A stretch of DNA of 38,666 nucleotides, from the IMG/VR virus record IMGVR_UViG_2609459854_000001, positions 1 through 38,666 of that record, one strand, 5' to 3'. Position 1 is the stretch's first letter. The number at the start of each line of letters is the position of its first letter. The position numbers were made by a program, and so were the translations under genes. Below are positions 27,155 through 36,975 of this stretch, one piece after another. This DNA comes from a virus (lineage: Duplodnaviria; Heunggongvirae; Uroviricota; Caudoviricetes). The notes beneath the pieces are model-generated. The model was not told where the DNA came from. It was given only the letters and a program-made list of their open reading frames with translations, and did no database searches.

Positions 27155-28483
27155 ATGACGTGGAAAGACAGGCTTCAGGATGCGTCATTTCGAGGTGTGC
27201 CGTTTAAGGTTGAAGAAGAAAGTGCGGGAACCGGCCGTCGTGTGGAAACACACGAATATCCGAACCGCGACAAACCCTATACCGAAGATCTGGGAAAAGT
27301 CACTTTCCGCCCGTCCATCACAGCTTATGTGGTGGGAGATGACTGCTTTGACCAGCGCGATCGCCTGATTGAAGCGCTGAATAAACCCGGTCCCGGCACG
27401 CTTGTCCACCCGACATATGGTGAGCTGAAAGTCTGTGTTGACGGGGAAGTTCGGGTCAGCACATCGAAAAGTGAAGGGCGTATTGTCCGCTTTGACCTGA
27501 AGTTTGTCGAAGCGGGAGAACTCTCTTACCCCACATCAGGTGCGGCGACGGCGCAGACGCTGATGTCATCCTGTTCTGCACTGGATGACTGCATCAGTGA
27601 CAGTTTCAGTGGTTTCAGTATCGATGGCGTGGCAGATTTTGTGCAGAACGACGTCGTCGGTAATGCCGGCACAATGCTTGGGTATATTTCTGATGCGATG
27701 AAAGTGGTGGATTCTGCCGTATCGGATGCCGCCAGGCTGTTGCAGGGGGATATCTCGGTACTTCTGCCGCCGCCATCGTCAGGCAAAAATTTCGTTGAGC
27801 AGGTGCAGAAAATGTGGCGTACCGGGAAACGCCTTTATGGTAACGCCAGCGACCTGGTCACCATGATCAAAACGCTTTCCGGTGTCAGCCTCGGCAGCGA
27901 TCTGCAACCGCGCGGCGTCTGGAAAACGGACAGTAAAACCACCGCCACGGCGACGCAGCAGCGTAACGTGGTTGCCAGCACCCTTCGTACGACCGCAATC
28001 AGCGAAGCGGCGTATGCCGTCACCCGATTGCCTGCGCCAACAACTTCCGCGGTGATGCAGAATGCCGCAGTGGGGCAGGCAACAACAGCTGCGCAGAGCA
28101 CCGGCTGGCCTTCCGTCACGCATCCGGCACTGAACAATGCACCGGCGGTGAAAAACACGGTTGATCTGCCGACGTGGGAAGAACTGACTGACATTCGCGA
28201 CACACTGAATACGGCAATTGATAAGGAGTTGTCCCGTACAACCAGTGATGCGCTGTTTCTGGCGCTGCGCCGGGTGAAAGCAGATCTGAATGCGGATATC
28301 AACACGCGCCTTGAACAGTCTGCACGGATCATTCAGCGCACGCCGGATGAGGTTTTACCCGCGCTGGTGCTGGCGGCGACCTGGTTTGATAACGCGGCGC
28401 GTGACGCGGACATTATCCGGCGTAATGCCATTACGCATCCCGGCTTTGTGCCGGTGATCCCTCTGAAGGTGCCAGTACAATGA
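27155..28483 (+). CDS. DNA circulation protein (Mu gpN-like)
   Basis: Start set at the ATG at 27155 with ACGGAG RBS (MTWKDRLQDASFRGVPFKV...); Mu N-like N-terminus. Confidence 0.7.
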   Translation: MTWKDRLQDASFRGVPFKVEEESAGTGRRVETHEYPNRDKPYTEDLGKVTFRPSITAYVVGDDCFDQRDRLIEALNKPGPGTLVHPTYGELKVCVDGEVRVSTSKSEGRIVRFDLKFVEAGELSYPTSGAATAQTLMSSCSALDDCISDSFSGFSIDGVADFVQNDVVGNAGTMLGYISDAMKVVDSAVSDAARLLQGDISVLLPPPSSGKNFVEQVQKMWRTGKRLYGNASDLVTMIKTLSGVSLGSDLQPRGVWKTDSKTTATATQQRNVVASTLRTTAISEAAYAVTRLPAPTTSAVMQNAAVGQATTAAQSTGWPSVTHPALNNAPAVKNTVDLPTWEELTDIRDTLNTAIDKELSRTTSDALFLALRRVKADLNADINTRLEQSARIIQRTPDEVLPALVLAATWFDNAARDADIIRRNAITHPGFVPVIPLKVPVQ

Positions 28484-29559
28484 ACGATAACGTCACGCTA
28501 CGGGTAAATGGCCGGGAGTGGAATGGCTGGACATCGGTGCGCATCGGTGCCGGTGTTGAACGACTGGCGCGGGATTTCAGTGTGGAGATCCCCCGCCAGT
28601 GGCCGGGAGATGAGGGTATCACCACGCTTCAGCCGCGCATTAAAAACGGTTCAAAAGTGGAGGTGCTGATTGGTGATGAGCTGGTGATCACCGGCTGGGT
28701 GGAGGCGACGCCCGTTCGTTACGATGCCCGTTCGGTCAGCACCGGTATTGCCGGACGCAGTCTGACCGCTGACCTGATTGACTGTGCAGCCGAACCGACA
28801 CAGTTTAACGGACGATCGCTGGTACAGATTGCGCAGGCGCTTGCTGCGCCTTTCGGCATTGAGGTGGTGAACAGCGGTGCGCCGTCGGGTGTTATTCCTG
28901 ATGTCCAGCCTGATCACGGTGAAACGGTGATTGAGGTAATCAACAAAATACTCGGTCAGCAGCAGGCGCTGGCTTATGACGACCCGCACGGCAGGCTGGT
29001 GATTGGCGGTATTGGCTCAACGCGGGCACATACCGCGCTGGTACTTGGGGAAAACATCCTTTCCTGTGATACGGAGAAGAGTATCCGGGAGCGGTTTTCA
29101 GTTTACCAGGTGGCGGGGCAGCGTGCCGGAAACGACGATGATTTCGGTGAGGCCACCACCACCGCGCTGCGGGCCCGCACAGAGGACGCATTTATTGCCC
29201 GTTACCGTCCGATGTATATCAGGCAGACAGGGCAGGCCACGGGGGCAGGCTGTATTGCCCGTGCTGACTTTGAAGCCCGGCAACGGGCGGCGCGGACGGA
29301 TGAAACCACCTATGTGGTGCAGGGCTGGCGACAGGGTAACGGTACGCTGTGGCAGCCCAACCAGCGGGTGATTGTCTTCGATCCGGTCTGTGGTTTCGAC
29401 AATACCGAACTGCTTGTCTCGGAAGTCACGTTTACTCAGGACCAGAATGGCACCCTGACGGAAATCCGTGTCGGCCCACCTGATGCTTATCTGCCTGAAC
29501 CCGAAGCCCCCGGCGCGCGGAAAAAGAAAAAAGCCAGAGTACAGGAGGACCCGTTCTGA
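28480..29559 (+). CDS. baseplate hub protein (Mu gpP-like)
   Basis: 359 aa; position and size in a Mu-type baseplate module. Confidence 0.7.
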   Translation: MNDNVTLRVNGREWNGWTSVRIGAGVERLARDFSVEIPRQWPGDEGITTLQPRIKNGSKVEVLIGDELVITGWVEATPVRYDARSVSTGIAGRSLTADLIDCAAEPTQFNGRSLVQIAQALAAPFGIEVVNSGAPSGVIPDVQPDHGETVIEVINKILGQQQALAYDDPHGRLVIGGIGSTRAHTALVLGENILSCDTEKSIRERFSVYQVAGQRAGNDDDFGEATTTALRARTEDAFIARYRPMYIRQTGQATGAGCIARADFEARQRAARTDETTYVVQGWRQGNGTLWQPNQRVIVFDPVCGFDNTELLVSEVTFTQDQNGTLTEIRVGPPDAYLPEPEAPGARKKKKARVQEDPF

Positions 29560-30107
29560 TGAAGGCGATTGAAACCATACAGCGACAACTCCTCGGCCTG
29601 ATTGGGCGGGCGGTGGTGAAAAGCATCAGTGCCGCCACGAAATGTCAGACCGTGGATGTGTCCCTGATTGCCGGTGAACCCAAAGCCGGGGTTGAACATC
29701 TTGAACCCTACGGTTTTACCGCAAGGGCAAACAGCGGTGCGGAAGCGGTGGTGTTGTTTCCGGATGGCGACCGTTCTCATGCGGTGGTTGTTACGGTGTC
29801 GGACCGGCGCTACCGCCTGAAAGGGCTGCAGACGGGTGAGGTGGCTGTCTATGACGATCAGGGGCAGTCCGTGACGCTGACCCGGGAGGGGATCGTGGTG
29901 GACGGTGCAGGTAAAACGATCACGTTTCGCAATTCACCTAAAGCACGTTTTGAAATGGACCTTGAAGTGACCGGACAGGTGAAAGACCTGTGCGACTCCG
30001 GCGGCACCACCATGTCAGCGATGCGGCTTGCCTATAACGGGCATCGTCACAGAGAGAACGGTCAGGGCAGTAACACCGACAAACCTGATAAAGCGATGGA
30101 GGCATGA
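29559..30107 (+). CDS. baseplate spike / assembly protein (Mu gp45 / V-like)
   Basis: 182 aa; position after gpP-like gene. Confidence 0.65.
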   Translation: MKAIETIQRQLLGLIGRAVVKSISAATKCQTVDVSLIAGEPKAGVEHLEPYGFTARANSGAEAVVLFPDGDRSHAVVVTVSDRRYRLKGLQTGEVAVYDDQGQSVTLTREGIVVDGAGKTITFRNSPKARFEMDLEVTGQVKDLCDSGGTTMSAMRLAYNGHRHRENGQGSNTDKPDKAMEA

Positions 30108-30532
30108 TGGAACTGTGGCTGACGGTGAACGGTAAACGCACCTGCGCCAGCGCACCGCTGGATCCGCTGACCCGCGCCGTGGTGATTTCCCTGTTTACCT
30201 GGCGGCGGGCGGAGCCTGATGACAATGCCGACGTCCCGATGGGATGGTGGGGGGATACCTGGCCTGCGGTACAGAATGACCGTTACGGCTCCCGACTGTG
30301 GCTGCTTCAGCGCAGCAAACTGACCAATCAACTGGTGCAGACGGTAAGGGGGTATATCCGCGAATGCCTGCAATGGATGATTGATGACGGCGTGGTGTCC
30401 CGTATTGATCTGGATATCCGCCGCACCGGGATTAATGAACTGGGTAACAGTATCACTCTCTGGCGTCGTGACGGACCGGTAATGATTTCTTTTGATGATC
30501 TGTGGAGTGCGATAACGCATGGCGGACAGTGA
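30104..30532 (+). CDS. baseplate protein (Mu gp46 / W-like)
   Basis: 142 aa; overlapping starts and stops typical of a baseplate operon. Confidence 0.6.
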   Translation: MMELWLTVNGKRTCASAPLDPLTRAVVISLFTWRRAEPDDNADVPMGWWGDTWPAVQNDRYGSRLWLLQRSKLTNQLVQTVRGYIRECLQWMIDDGVVSRIDLDIRRTGINELGNSITLWRRDGPVMISFDDLWSAITHGGQ

Positions 30533-31577
30533 ATTTCAGCGCCCGACGCTGGCAGAAAATATCAGTATGCTCCGTAACGATTTATTCGCCAGGCTGGACG
30601 TCAGCGACACGCTCCGGCGCATGGATGAAGACGTGCGGGCAAAGGTGTATGCGGCGGCGCTGCATACGGTTTACGGGTACATCGATTATCTGGCAATGAA
30701 CATGCTGCCTGACCTGTGCGATGAGTCCTGGCTGGCGCGACATGCTGCGATGAAACGGTGTCCGCGCAAGGGGGCCACGGCTGCCAGCGGGTATATGCGC
30801 TGGGAAGGTGTCAGCGATGGCCTGAAGGTGACCGCCGGAAGTGTTATTCAGCGCGATGACCTGGTTCAGTACACGGCAACTGCCGATGCAACCAGCACCG
30901 GTGGTGTCCTGCGCGTGCCGATCGCCTGCTCAAGTGCAGGCGCGGTCGGTAACGCTGACGACGGTACGTCATTAATCCTGGTCACGCCGGTTAATGGTCT
31001 GCCGTCTTCCGGCGAGGCAGATACCCTGACAGGTGGATTTGATATTGAAGAGCTGGAAACGTGGCGCGCCCGCGTCATTGAGCGGTATTACTGGACGCCT
31101 CAGGGCGGGGCTGACGGGGACTATGTCGTCTGGGCTAAAGAAGTGCCCGGCATTACCCGCGCATGGACATACCGACACTGGATGGGAACGGGGACTGTCG
31201 GTGTGATGATAGCCAGCAGTGACCTGATTAATCCCATTCCGGAAGAATCAACGGAAACGGCGGCAAGACAACATATCGAGCCACTGGCCCCGGTGGCAGG
31301 CTCTGATTTGTATGTGTTCAGGCCGGTGGCACATACGGTGGATTTTCATATCCGTGTGACGCCGGACACACCGGAAATACGGGCTGCCATCACCGCGGAG
31401 TTGCGTTCGTTCCTGCTGCGTGATGGTTATCCGCAGGGAGAACTGAAGGTATCGCGTATCAGTGAGGCGATTTCCGGTGCGAACGGGGAATACAGCCATC
31501 AGTTGCTTGCACCGGCAGACAATATCTCCATTGCAAAAAATGAACTGGCGGTACTGGGGACGATTTCATGGACGTGA
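30519..31577 (+). CDS. baseplate J-like protein (Mu gp47-like)
   Basis: 352 aa; baseplate J family architecture and position. Confidence 0.8.
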   Translation: MADSEFQRPTLAENISMLRNDLFARLDVSDTLRRMDEDVRAKVYAAALHTVYGYIDYLAMNMLPDLCDESWLARHAAMKRCPRKGATAASGYMRWEGVSDGLKVTAGSVIQRDDLVQYTATADATSTGGVLRVPIACSSAGAVGNADDGTSLILVTPVNGLPSSGEADTLTGGFDIEELETWRARVIERYYWTPQGGADGDYVVWAKEVPGITRAWTYRHWMGTGTVGVMIASSDLINPIPEESTETAARQHIEPLAPVAGSDLYVFRPVAHTVDFHIRVTPDTPEIRAAITAELRSFLLRDGYPQGELKVSRISEAISGANGEYSHQLLAPADNISIAKNELAVLGTISWT

Positions 31578-32152
31578 CAAACGATGATTACATCCGTCTG
31601 TTGTCGGCACTGTTGCCCCCCGGTCCGGCGTGGTCAGCCAGCGATCCGGCGATTGCCGGTGCGGCACCGTCATTATCCCGCGTTCATCAGCGTGCGGATG
31701 CCCTGATGCGGGAGCTGGATCCGCGCACCACCACTGAACTGATAAACCGCTGGGAGCGTCTGTGCGGTCTGCCGGATGAATGTATTCCCGCAGGGACACA
31801 GACCCTTCGCCAGCGTCAGCAACGGCTGGATGCGAAGGTTAACCTGGCGGGCGGCATCAACGAGGATTTTTATCTTGCACAGCTTGCTGCCCTGGGCAGA
31901 CCAGATGCCACCATCACGCGATACGACAAAAGCACGTTCACCTGCTCATCGGCCTGTACTGACGCTGTGAACGCGCCTGAATGGCGGTATTACTGGCAGG
32001 TCAACATGCCAGCCGCCACCAACACCACCTGGATGACATGTGGCGATCCCTGTGATTCCGCACTGCGTATCTGGGGCGACACAGTTGTCGAATGTGTGCT
32101 TAACAAACTCTGCCCGTCGCATACCTACGTAATTTTTAAATATCCGGAGTAA
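31568..32152 (+). CDS. baseplate/tail protein (Mu gp48-like)
   Basis: 194 aa between J-like and tail-fibre genes. Confidence 0.6.
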   Translation: MDVTNDDYIRLLSALLPPGPAWSASDPAIAGAAPSLSRVHQRADALMRELDPRTTTELINRWERLCGLPDECIPAGTQTLRQRQQRLDAKVNLAGGINEDFYLAQLAALGRPDATITRYDKSTFTCSSACTDAVNAPEWRYYWQVNMPAATNTTWMTCGDPCDSALRIWGDTVVECVLNKLCPSHTYVIFKYPE

Positions 32153-32155
32153 TCC

Positions 32156-32794
32156 ATGCATCGTATAGACACGAAAACCGCGCAGAAGGATAAGTTCGGC
32201 GCGGGTAAGAACGGTTTTACCCGTGGTAACCCCCAGACCGGCACGCCTGCCACCGATCTGGATGATGACTACTTTGACATGTTGCAGGAAGAGCTCTGCA
32301 GCGTGGTGGAGGCATCCGGTGCCAGCCTGGAGAAGGGGCGGCATGACCAGCTGCTTACCGCGCTTCGTGCGCTGCTGTTAAGTCGCAAAAATCCGTTTGG
32401 CGATATCAAATCGGACGGCACGGTGAAAACGGCTCTTCAAAACCTTGGTTTGGGAGAATTATCTCTGGCTGGCACTGCATCGGGTGTCATTGGTCTGAAT
32501 GGGTATGTAACGATTCCGTTAATTATTTCAGGTTCCCGGAGAACACTGATTATTCAGTGGGGGCAGGCGAGATTTGGTGGGTCTGGTGGTGAAGATGCCG
32601 GATATCTTAATGATTTTCCTTTTGCCTTTCCGTCAGCATGTTATGGAATGATAGTTAGTCATGTGGGGCATACACCTTCAGGCGCAGGAATCCTGTCGGC
32701 TTCTGCAATTACATCAAATCAGTTCCGCGGTTTTTCAAGCATAGCGACTGCTGCAAATGCTGTATTAGGTCGTTATATCGCTATAGGGGGTTAA
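32156..32794 (+). CDS. tail fibre protein (constant N-terminal part fused to the currently expressed variable C-terminal cassette)
   Basis: 212 aa; a recombination crossover site lies at codons 94-101 (NLGLGE), so the C-terminal 112 aa is the invertible cassette. Confidence 0.7.
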   Translation: MHRIDTKTAQKDKFGAGKNGFTRGNPQTGTPATDLDDDYFDMLQEELCSVVEASGASLEKGRHDQLLTALRALLLSRKNPFGDIKSDGTVKTALQNLGLGELSLAGTASGVIGLNGYVTIPLIISGSRRTLIIQWGQARFGGSGGEDAGYLNDFPFAFPSACYGMIVSHVGHTPSGAGILSASAITSNQFRGFSSIATAANAVLGRYIAIGG

Positions 32795-32795
32795 T

Positions 32796-33233
32796 ATGTT
32801 TTATAGTCCATCATTAAACATTTTTGTGAATCCTGCGCTTAAGGATGATTACATTAATGCAAATTCATGGCCAGATGATGCTCTGGCTGTCAGTGATGAT
32901 GTTTATAATGAATTTGCAATCAATACGCCCCCATATGACAAAATTCGTGTTGCAGGAAAAAATGGATTACCCACATGGGCACTAATACCTCCACCATCGC
33001 ATGAAGAACTTATTCAACAGGCAGAATCAGAAAGGCAATTATTGCTTAATCAGGCCAACGAATACATGAACAGTAAACAATGGCCCGGTAAAGCCGCTAT
33101 TGGTCGTCTGAAAGACGAGGAACTGGCACTATATAATTTGTGGCTGGATTACCTGGACGCACTGGAACTGGTGGATACCTCCAGTGCTCCAGATATTGAA
33201 TGGCCTACACCTCCGGTAACTCAGGCCAGCTAA
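32796..33233 (+). CDS. tail fibre assembly protein (current orientation)
   Basis: 145 aa directly after the tail fibre; C-terminal ...EWPTPP... is typical of Tfa chaperones. Confidence 0.7.
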   Translation: MFYSPSLNIFVNPALKDDYINANSWPDDALAVSDDVYNEFAINTPPYDKIRVAGKNGLPTWALIPPPSHEELIQQAESERQLLLNQANEYMNSKQWPGKAAIGRLKDEELALYNLWLDYLDALELVDTSSAPDIEWPTPPVTQAS

Positions 33234-33630
33234 TCTCAGGAGCCGTCGAAGTGTCGACGGCTTTTACTTCTTTTTTGTAGTCCATCCAGGCGGATAGTTT
33301 TTCTTTATCTGTACTGCTGATATCACCAAGCATTAATTCCACTCGCCAGTCAGCTGTGACATTATCGGCATGAGCAAGTAACTGCATTCGCTGATTTTCA
33401 GCACGTGCGACATAATCAATCGCCGGAGATTTCAGTACCGGTAAACCATTTTCATCTGACGTGATTAATTTACCCCCTTCCTGCTGTCCGGCAATTAATT
33501 CATTGTATAAGTCTGTACTTATCTCAACAATGTCAGCAGGCATGTCGCTGTTTATACCATCAAAGAAAAAACCATTAGTCGATTTTGAGAAATAAATCAT
33601 AGATATACCTATACACCGATTGCTACCCAA
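33205..33630 (-). CDS. alternative tail fibre assembly protein (inverted orientation)
   Basis: 141 aa on the opposite strand, convergent with the first Tfa; C-terminal ...ISWPELPEV. Confidence 0.65.
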   Translation of the reverse strand: MGSNRCIGISMIYFSKSTNGFFFDGINSDMPADIVEISTDLYNELIAGQQEGGKLITSDENGLPVLKSPAIDYVARAENQRMQLLAHADNVTADWRVELMLGDISSTDKEKLSAWMDYKKEVKAVDTSTAPEISWPELPEV

Positions 33631-33986
33631 AAACAGGACCTTTCATATTTGACAATTTCTCCCTGAGATATACCGCCAACAATTATATAGAACTGTGATT
33701 TGGTGATATCAGAACAGTTCGCAATGCCCATTGCAGATATACCAGCCAACGACGTTGTATGTGGCACAGCCAACAGCGCAAGTGAACGATTTGGGAATGT
33801 TACCGGGTAAGTCACCGTATAGTTTGATGCTCCACTGACAATACCCCACTGAATAATCAGACCTGAAGGGAGTTTTTGAAAACCCGTTGATGAAAGTGAA
33901 CTGGCAAACGCCGCCATATCCGGAATTTGGTTTTGCCCGTTACCTACATTCCGTTTTGCCGCTTCTCCCAAACCAACGTTTATGAA
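33609..33986 (-). CDS. alternative promoterless tail-fibre C-terminal cassette (Sv-prime-like)
   Basis: Minus-strand frame reads ...FINVGLGE... across the crossover site and continues 120 codons; would fuse to the constant fibre N-terminus after inversion. Confidence 0.55.
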   Translation of the reverse strand, partial: FINVGLGEAAKRNVGNGQNQIPDMAAFASSLSSTGFQKLPSGLIIQWGIVSGASNYTVTYPVTFPNRSLALLAVPHTTSLAGISAMGIANCSDITKSQFYIIVGGISQGEIVKYERSCFWVAIGV

Positions 33987-34042
33987 AATGCAGAAATAAC
34001 GAGAAAATGGCATCATTCCTGCTTTTGTCAGAGGGAGCTACC

Positions 34043-34234
34043 ATGCTTATTGGCTATGTTTGCGTATCAACAAATGACCAGAAAATCGATCTACAACGTA
34101 ATGCGTTTAACTGTGCAGGATGCGAGCTGATTTTTGAAGACAAGATAAGCGGTACAAAGTCCGAGAGCCTAGGGCTGACAGTGCTGTTCTTGATGCAAAT
34201 TAAAGGATTTAATAGTGAGTTGCGGCCTTACTAA
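34043..34234 (+). pseudogene. truncated Gin/Hin/Pin-family serine DNA invertase (N-terminal ~50 codons only)
   Basis: MLIGYVCVSTNDQKIDLQRNAFNCAGCELIFEDKISGTK... matches the invertase N-terminus including the catalytic Ser, then diverges and stops; the rest is replaced by the 3' end of the convergent DUF262/DUF1524 gene. Confidence 0.7.
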
Positions 34235-34267
34235 TGTAAGGCCGCTATAATCATTTTATTAATTGCA

Positions 34268-36157
34268 TTAATCGTATTTTGGCCATACTTTCAATGCAAT
34301 TTCCCCCAACTTTTTACCTCGCTCCAGTATTTCACTCTCATCCCATTTATCCTTAAGTATAAGTGGTATGTTCAGTCGTAGATTGGTGTGGACGATGAGA
34401 GCATCACGTTTTTTCAGAAATACAGCATTCTGAACGGAACGGTTTACGCTAAGGTTAAGCAAAGTTAGATTTCCCAACGTAGCTATCGCTTGTTGCCGTT
34501 TCCTTACCAGTAGCTGTTCAGGGGTAAGATCGGTTCCAGACAGAACAATTTGGTTCATTACCGTAGCATCTGAATTTGTCACCATATGACCATTTTCGAG
34601 AGGCCAACAGGAATACCAACTTTGAGGCATAAGATGATCGATATCGAGATTAGAAAGATTTGGAACATCAGGCTTTTCTGTCTTCACTTGGCGACAAAGT
34701 TCTCTTTCAAGTTCCGTTAACATTGAGCGCATTTTCGGTGCGTCGAGCCTGCCAGGATAAAGTGGAGCATTGATGCAAGCGTTGAGAAATTCTGAGTCCC
34801 CAGGCCAACGTGAGGCTTCGCCATTTAAGCTATTGAGGATATTACGTAACTCAACACTGGAAATTTCCGTTTTAGACAAGTGTCGCAATACATTCATAAA
34901 TACATTGTTGTAATTCTTTGGCGTCAGGCCACATACGGATCTTCGTACTACGTAGGAGACAAGATCATTATACATGGCTGCTTTCTCATCATCGGCGATG
35001 TTAGCTATCGAAATGAACAAAGCAAGCGGATAGAGTGTCGTCACATCATAGGCTGCGATGCGATGTCTAAAGTGTGAGATGGGGGTTGTGCCAAAACCAC
35101 CAACCAATTCTTTATATTGTGATGCATATTGTTTGAGGCGCTTTACTTGCAGATCTGCTCGTTGTGAAGGCAAGTCCTTACTTACATAATCACGATACTC
35201 ATTGTAAAGGCGAGACAGATCAATTTCACGCTGCCTTTCTGATTGCAATGTCGCATGTACAAGCCACTCCATGCGTGGTTTATTAATACGTCCACGGCGT
35301 TGCTTTTCCGACCAGTATTTATCTTCAAAGATCTTCCACTCATTTTCATATAATTCAATAGCATTAATATTTTCATGCTCAGCGCACATAAAGATATAGT
35401 TGCGAATAAGATCCGTTGCATGAAGTTCCGCTCCTCGCCCATTTAATGTTTCAAAAATTATTTGGGCATCATCTTCAGCTTCGAGAAATATGCTTACCAG
35501 TTTCAGATCCGTCAAGACAGCCTCAATTAGTGCTACAGCATTTTCTTGTGGTGAGTGTTTTTCTATTTTAATCCATTTTATAAAGGCTTCAGTAAAAAAC
35601 CATAATGCCTCTAGTGACGGCGGGTGGTTGAAATGTTTACGTAACGTACCATGTTGCGTGAAGCTATCAGAAAATACATTACGGAGATCGTCAATATTAT
35701 CAACATTAAGACTTTGAATAAAATGAGTTTGATCTCGAAAAGTTGGCCACAGTTTGAAGCATTCTACCTTTTTATTTCTCATCGTTGCTTCGTTTGTATT
35801 TTTCAAGCAAGTCAATACTAACCCTTCCAGTTCAGAAAGGCCTGTAGCACGCAATGATAATCGAATGGATGCCAGAATATATTGAAGAGTGGTTAAACGT
35901 TGCTGGCCGTCAATAATATGTATGGTATCTACACCTAACAAGCTGTTTTTGAGTTGAGGTTCCAGCACCACCGCGCCGAGGAAATGAGGGGTTGGTTTTG
36001 TTCCCGAAAGTCGGCTCTGTGCTTTTTCGAAGATATCCTCCAACAAAGCTGACCATTGGTTTCGTTGCGTCCATACGTAGGCACGTTGATAGAATGGAAC
36101 ACGATATTGTCGTTGATTTTGGAAAATTTGCTGGATGGTTAGCGTTTCGGATTTCAT
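34268..36157 (-). CDS. DUF262/DUF1524 (GmrSD-like) type IV restriction endonuclease
   Basis: 629 aa; N-terminal ...FYQRAYVWT...IIDGQQRLTTL... (DUF262 DGQQR motif) and C-terminal ...DIDHLMPQSW...GNLTLLNLSVNRS... (DUF1524 His-Me finger); AT-rich; AGGTAA RBS. Confidence 0.8.
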   Translation of the reverse strand: MKSETLTIQQIFQNQRQYRVPFYQRAYVWTQRNQWSALLEDIFEKAQSRLSGTKPTPHFLGAVVLEPQLKNSLLGVDTIHIIDGQQRLTTLQYILASIRLSLRATGLSELEGLVLTCLKNTNEATMRNKKVECFKLWPTFRDQTHFIQSLNVDNIDDLRNVFSDSFTQHGTLRKHFNHPPSLEALWFFTEAFIKWIKIEKHSPQENAVALIEAVLTDLKLVSIFLEAEDDAQIIFETLNGRGAELHATDLIRNYIFMCAEHENINAIELYENEWKIFEDKYWSEKQRRGRINKPRMEWLVHATLQSERQREIDLSRLYNEYRDYVSKDLPSQRADLQVKRLKQYASQYKELVGGFGTTPISHFRHRIAAYDVTTLYPLALFISIANIADDEKAAMYNDLVSYVVRRSVCGLTPKNYNNVFMNVLRHLSKTEISSVELRNILNSLNGEASRWPGDSEFLNACINAPLYPGRLDAPKMRSMLTELERELCRQVKTEKPDVPNLSNLDIDHLMPQSWYSCWPLENGHMVTNSDATVMNQIVLSGTDLTPEQLLVRKRQQAIATLGNLTLLNLSVNRSVQNAVFLKKRDALIVHTNLRLNIPLILKDKWDESEILERGKKLGEIALKVWPKYD

Positions 36158-36413
36158 TGTTTACCTATAAATAACATTAAGTGACATTCCACAAGAGTAA
36201 GAAATTCATCTGAGTCAGAACAATCATTTTTATGTAGTTATGATACAGTGTATTTGTTACTGGTGAAGTAAAAATAAGAAACCCCGCTTTTGAATGCTGA
36301 CGCGCTACGGTTTCATTGGATATTTTTTGTCTCTCCTCCATCCCGTTGGTGTTCTGTTTAGACTGATAACTTGCTGTTTTAATTGATATTAGTTTCTTGC
36401 GCCGCCCAATCAT

Positions 36414-36439
36414 GGTTGGTGGGTTGGTGGGTTGGTGGG
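36414..36439 (+). repeat. G-rich tandem repeat (GGTTGGTG)x3
   Basis: ggttggtgggttggtgggttggtggg in the AT-rich region upstream of the restriction gene; four GG/GGG tracts. Confidence 0.4.
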
Positions 36440-36975
36440 AGTTAAATCCACATTGGTATGAATAACATAGAATATGAATTAGTGTTTCAGAATTGCTTCA
36501 GCCATCACTTTTTAATACGTTCAATTTGAATGTTTATTTCCGAAACAATTTTTTCAGGTTTCAGTCCCTCGTTAGATTGCACAAAATCTCTAATTTGCAT
36601 CATTCGATGTGCACAAATTTGTAATTCGCTATAAACACTTAGCTCGTCAGATTCATTTTGAGATTGTTCACCTGTTTAAAATTCTACATAAGTATGTGGC
36701 GGATTGTGATAAACACGAGAAATCGGGGTTGGCCACCATTCCTCACCGGTCACTACGTCCGCATCGAATAGTACAGTTTTGTCAATTTCCATTAATTTCT
36801 GGATAAGAACAGAAGTTTTCAAGCGAACCTCCATTTTGCCATAAAGTGGTTATCAAAACGCTACGTAAACTATACAAAATCAGCGAGTTATGGTGAAGGT
36901 AAAAAAACAAGTTTAGATGTTCGTTAAGTATAAAATTGTTTTAATTCAATTGGATATAATAATTTTCTAAATCTA

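Larger units (their letters stand above)
32436..33986. mobile_element. invertible tail-fibre host-range segment (Mu G / e14 P-like), flanked by inverted crossover sites
   Basis: ttcaaaaccttggtttgggagaa at 32436-32458 and its inverted copy ttctcccaaaccaacgtttatgaa at 33963-33986 (2 mismatches); both resemble hix/gix sites and both encode N-[LV]-G-L-G-E in the fibre frame. Confidence 0.65.

Noticed and set aside
27835-28332. 165-aa minus-strand ORF
   Set aside because: Antisense to the Mu N-like DNA circulation gene.
34880-35077. 65-aa plus-strand ORF
   Set aside because: Antisense within the 629-aa DUF262/DUF1524 gene.
36177-36413. 78-aa minus-strand ORF just upstream of the restriction gene
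   Set aside because: Lies in the AT-rich leader/promoter region, begins in the G-rich repeat, and has no convincing RBS; more likely non-coding.
36500-36833. Possible degraded minus-strand gene (about 51 codons readable, then frame breaks), and a 65-aa plus-strand ORF at 36609-36806
   Set aside because: Frames are interrupted by stops and I cannot assign homology; could be a remnant of the replaced cargo gene, but evidence is too weak to annotate.
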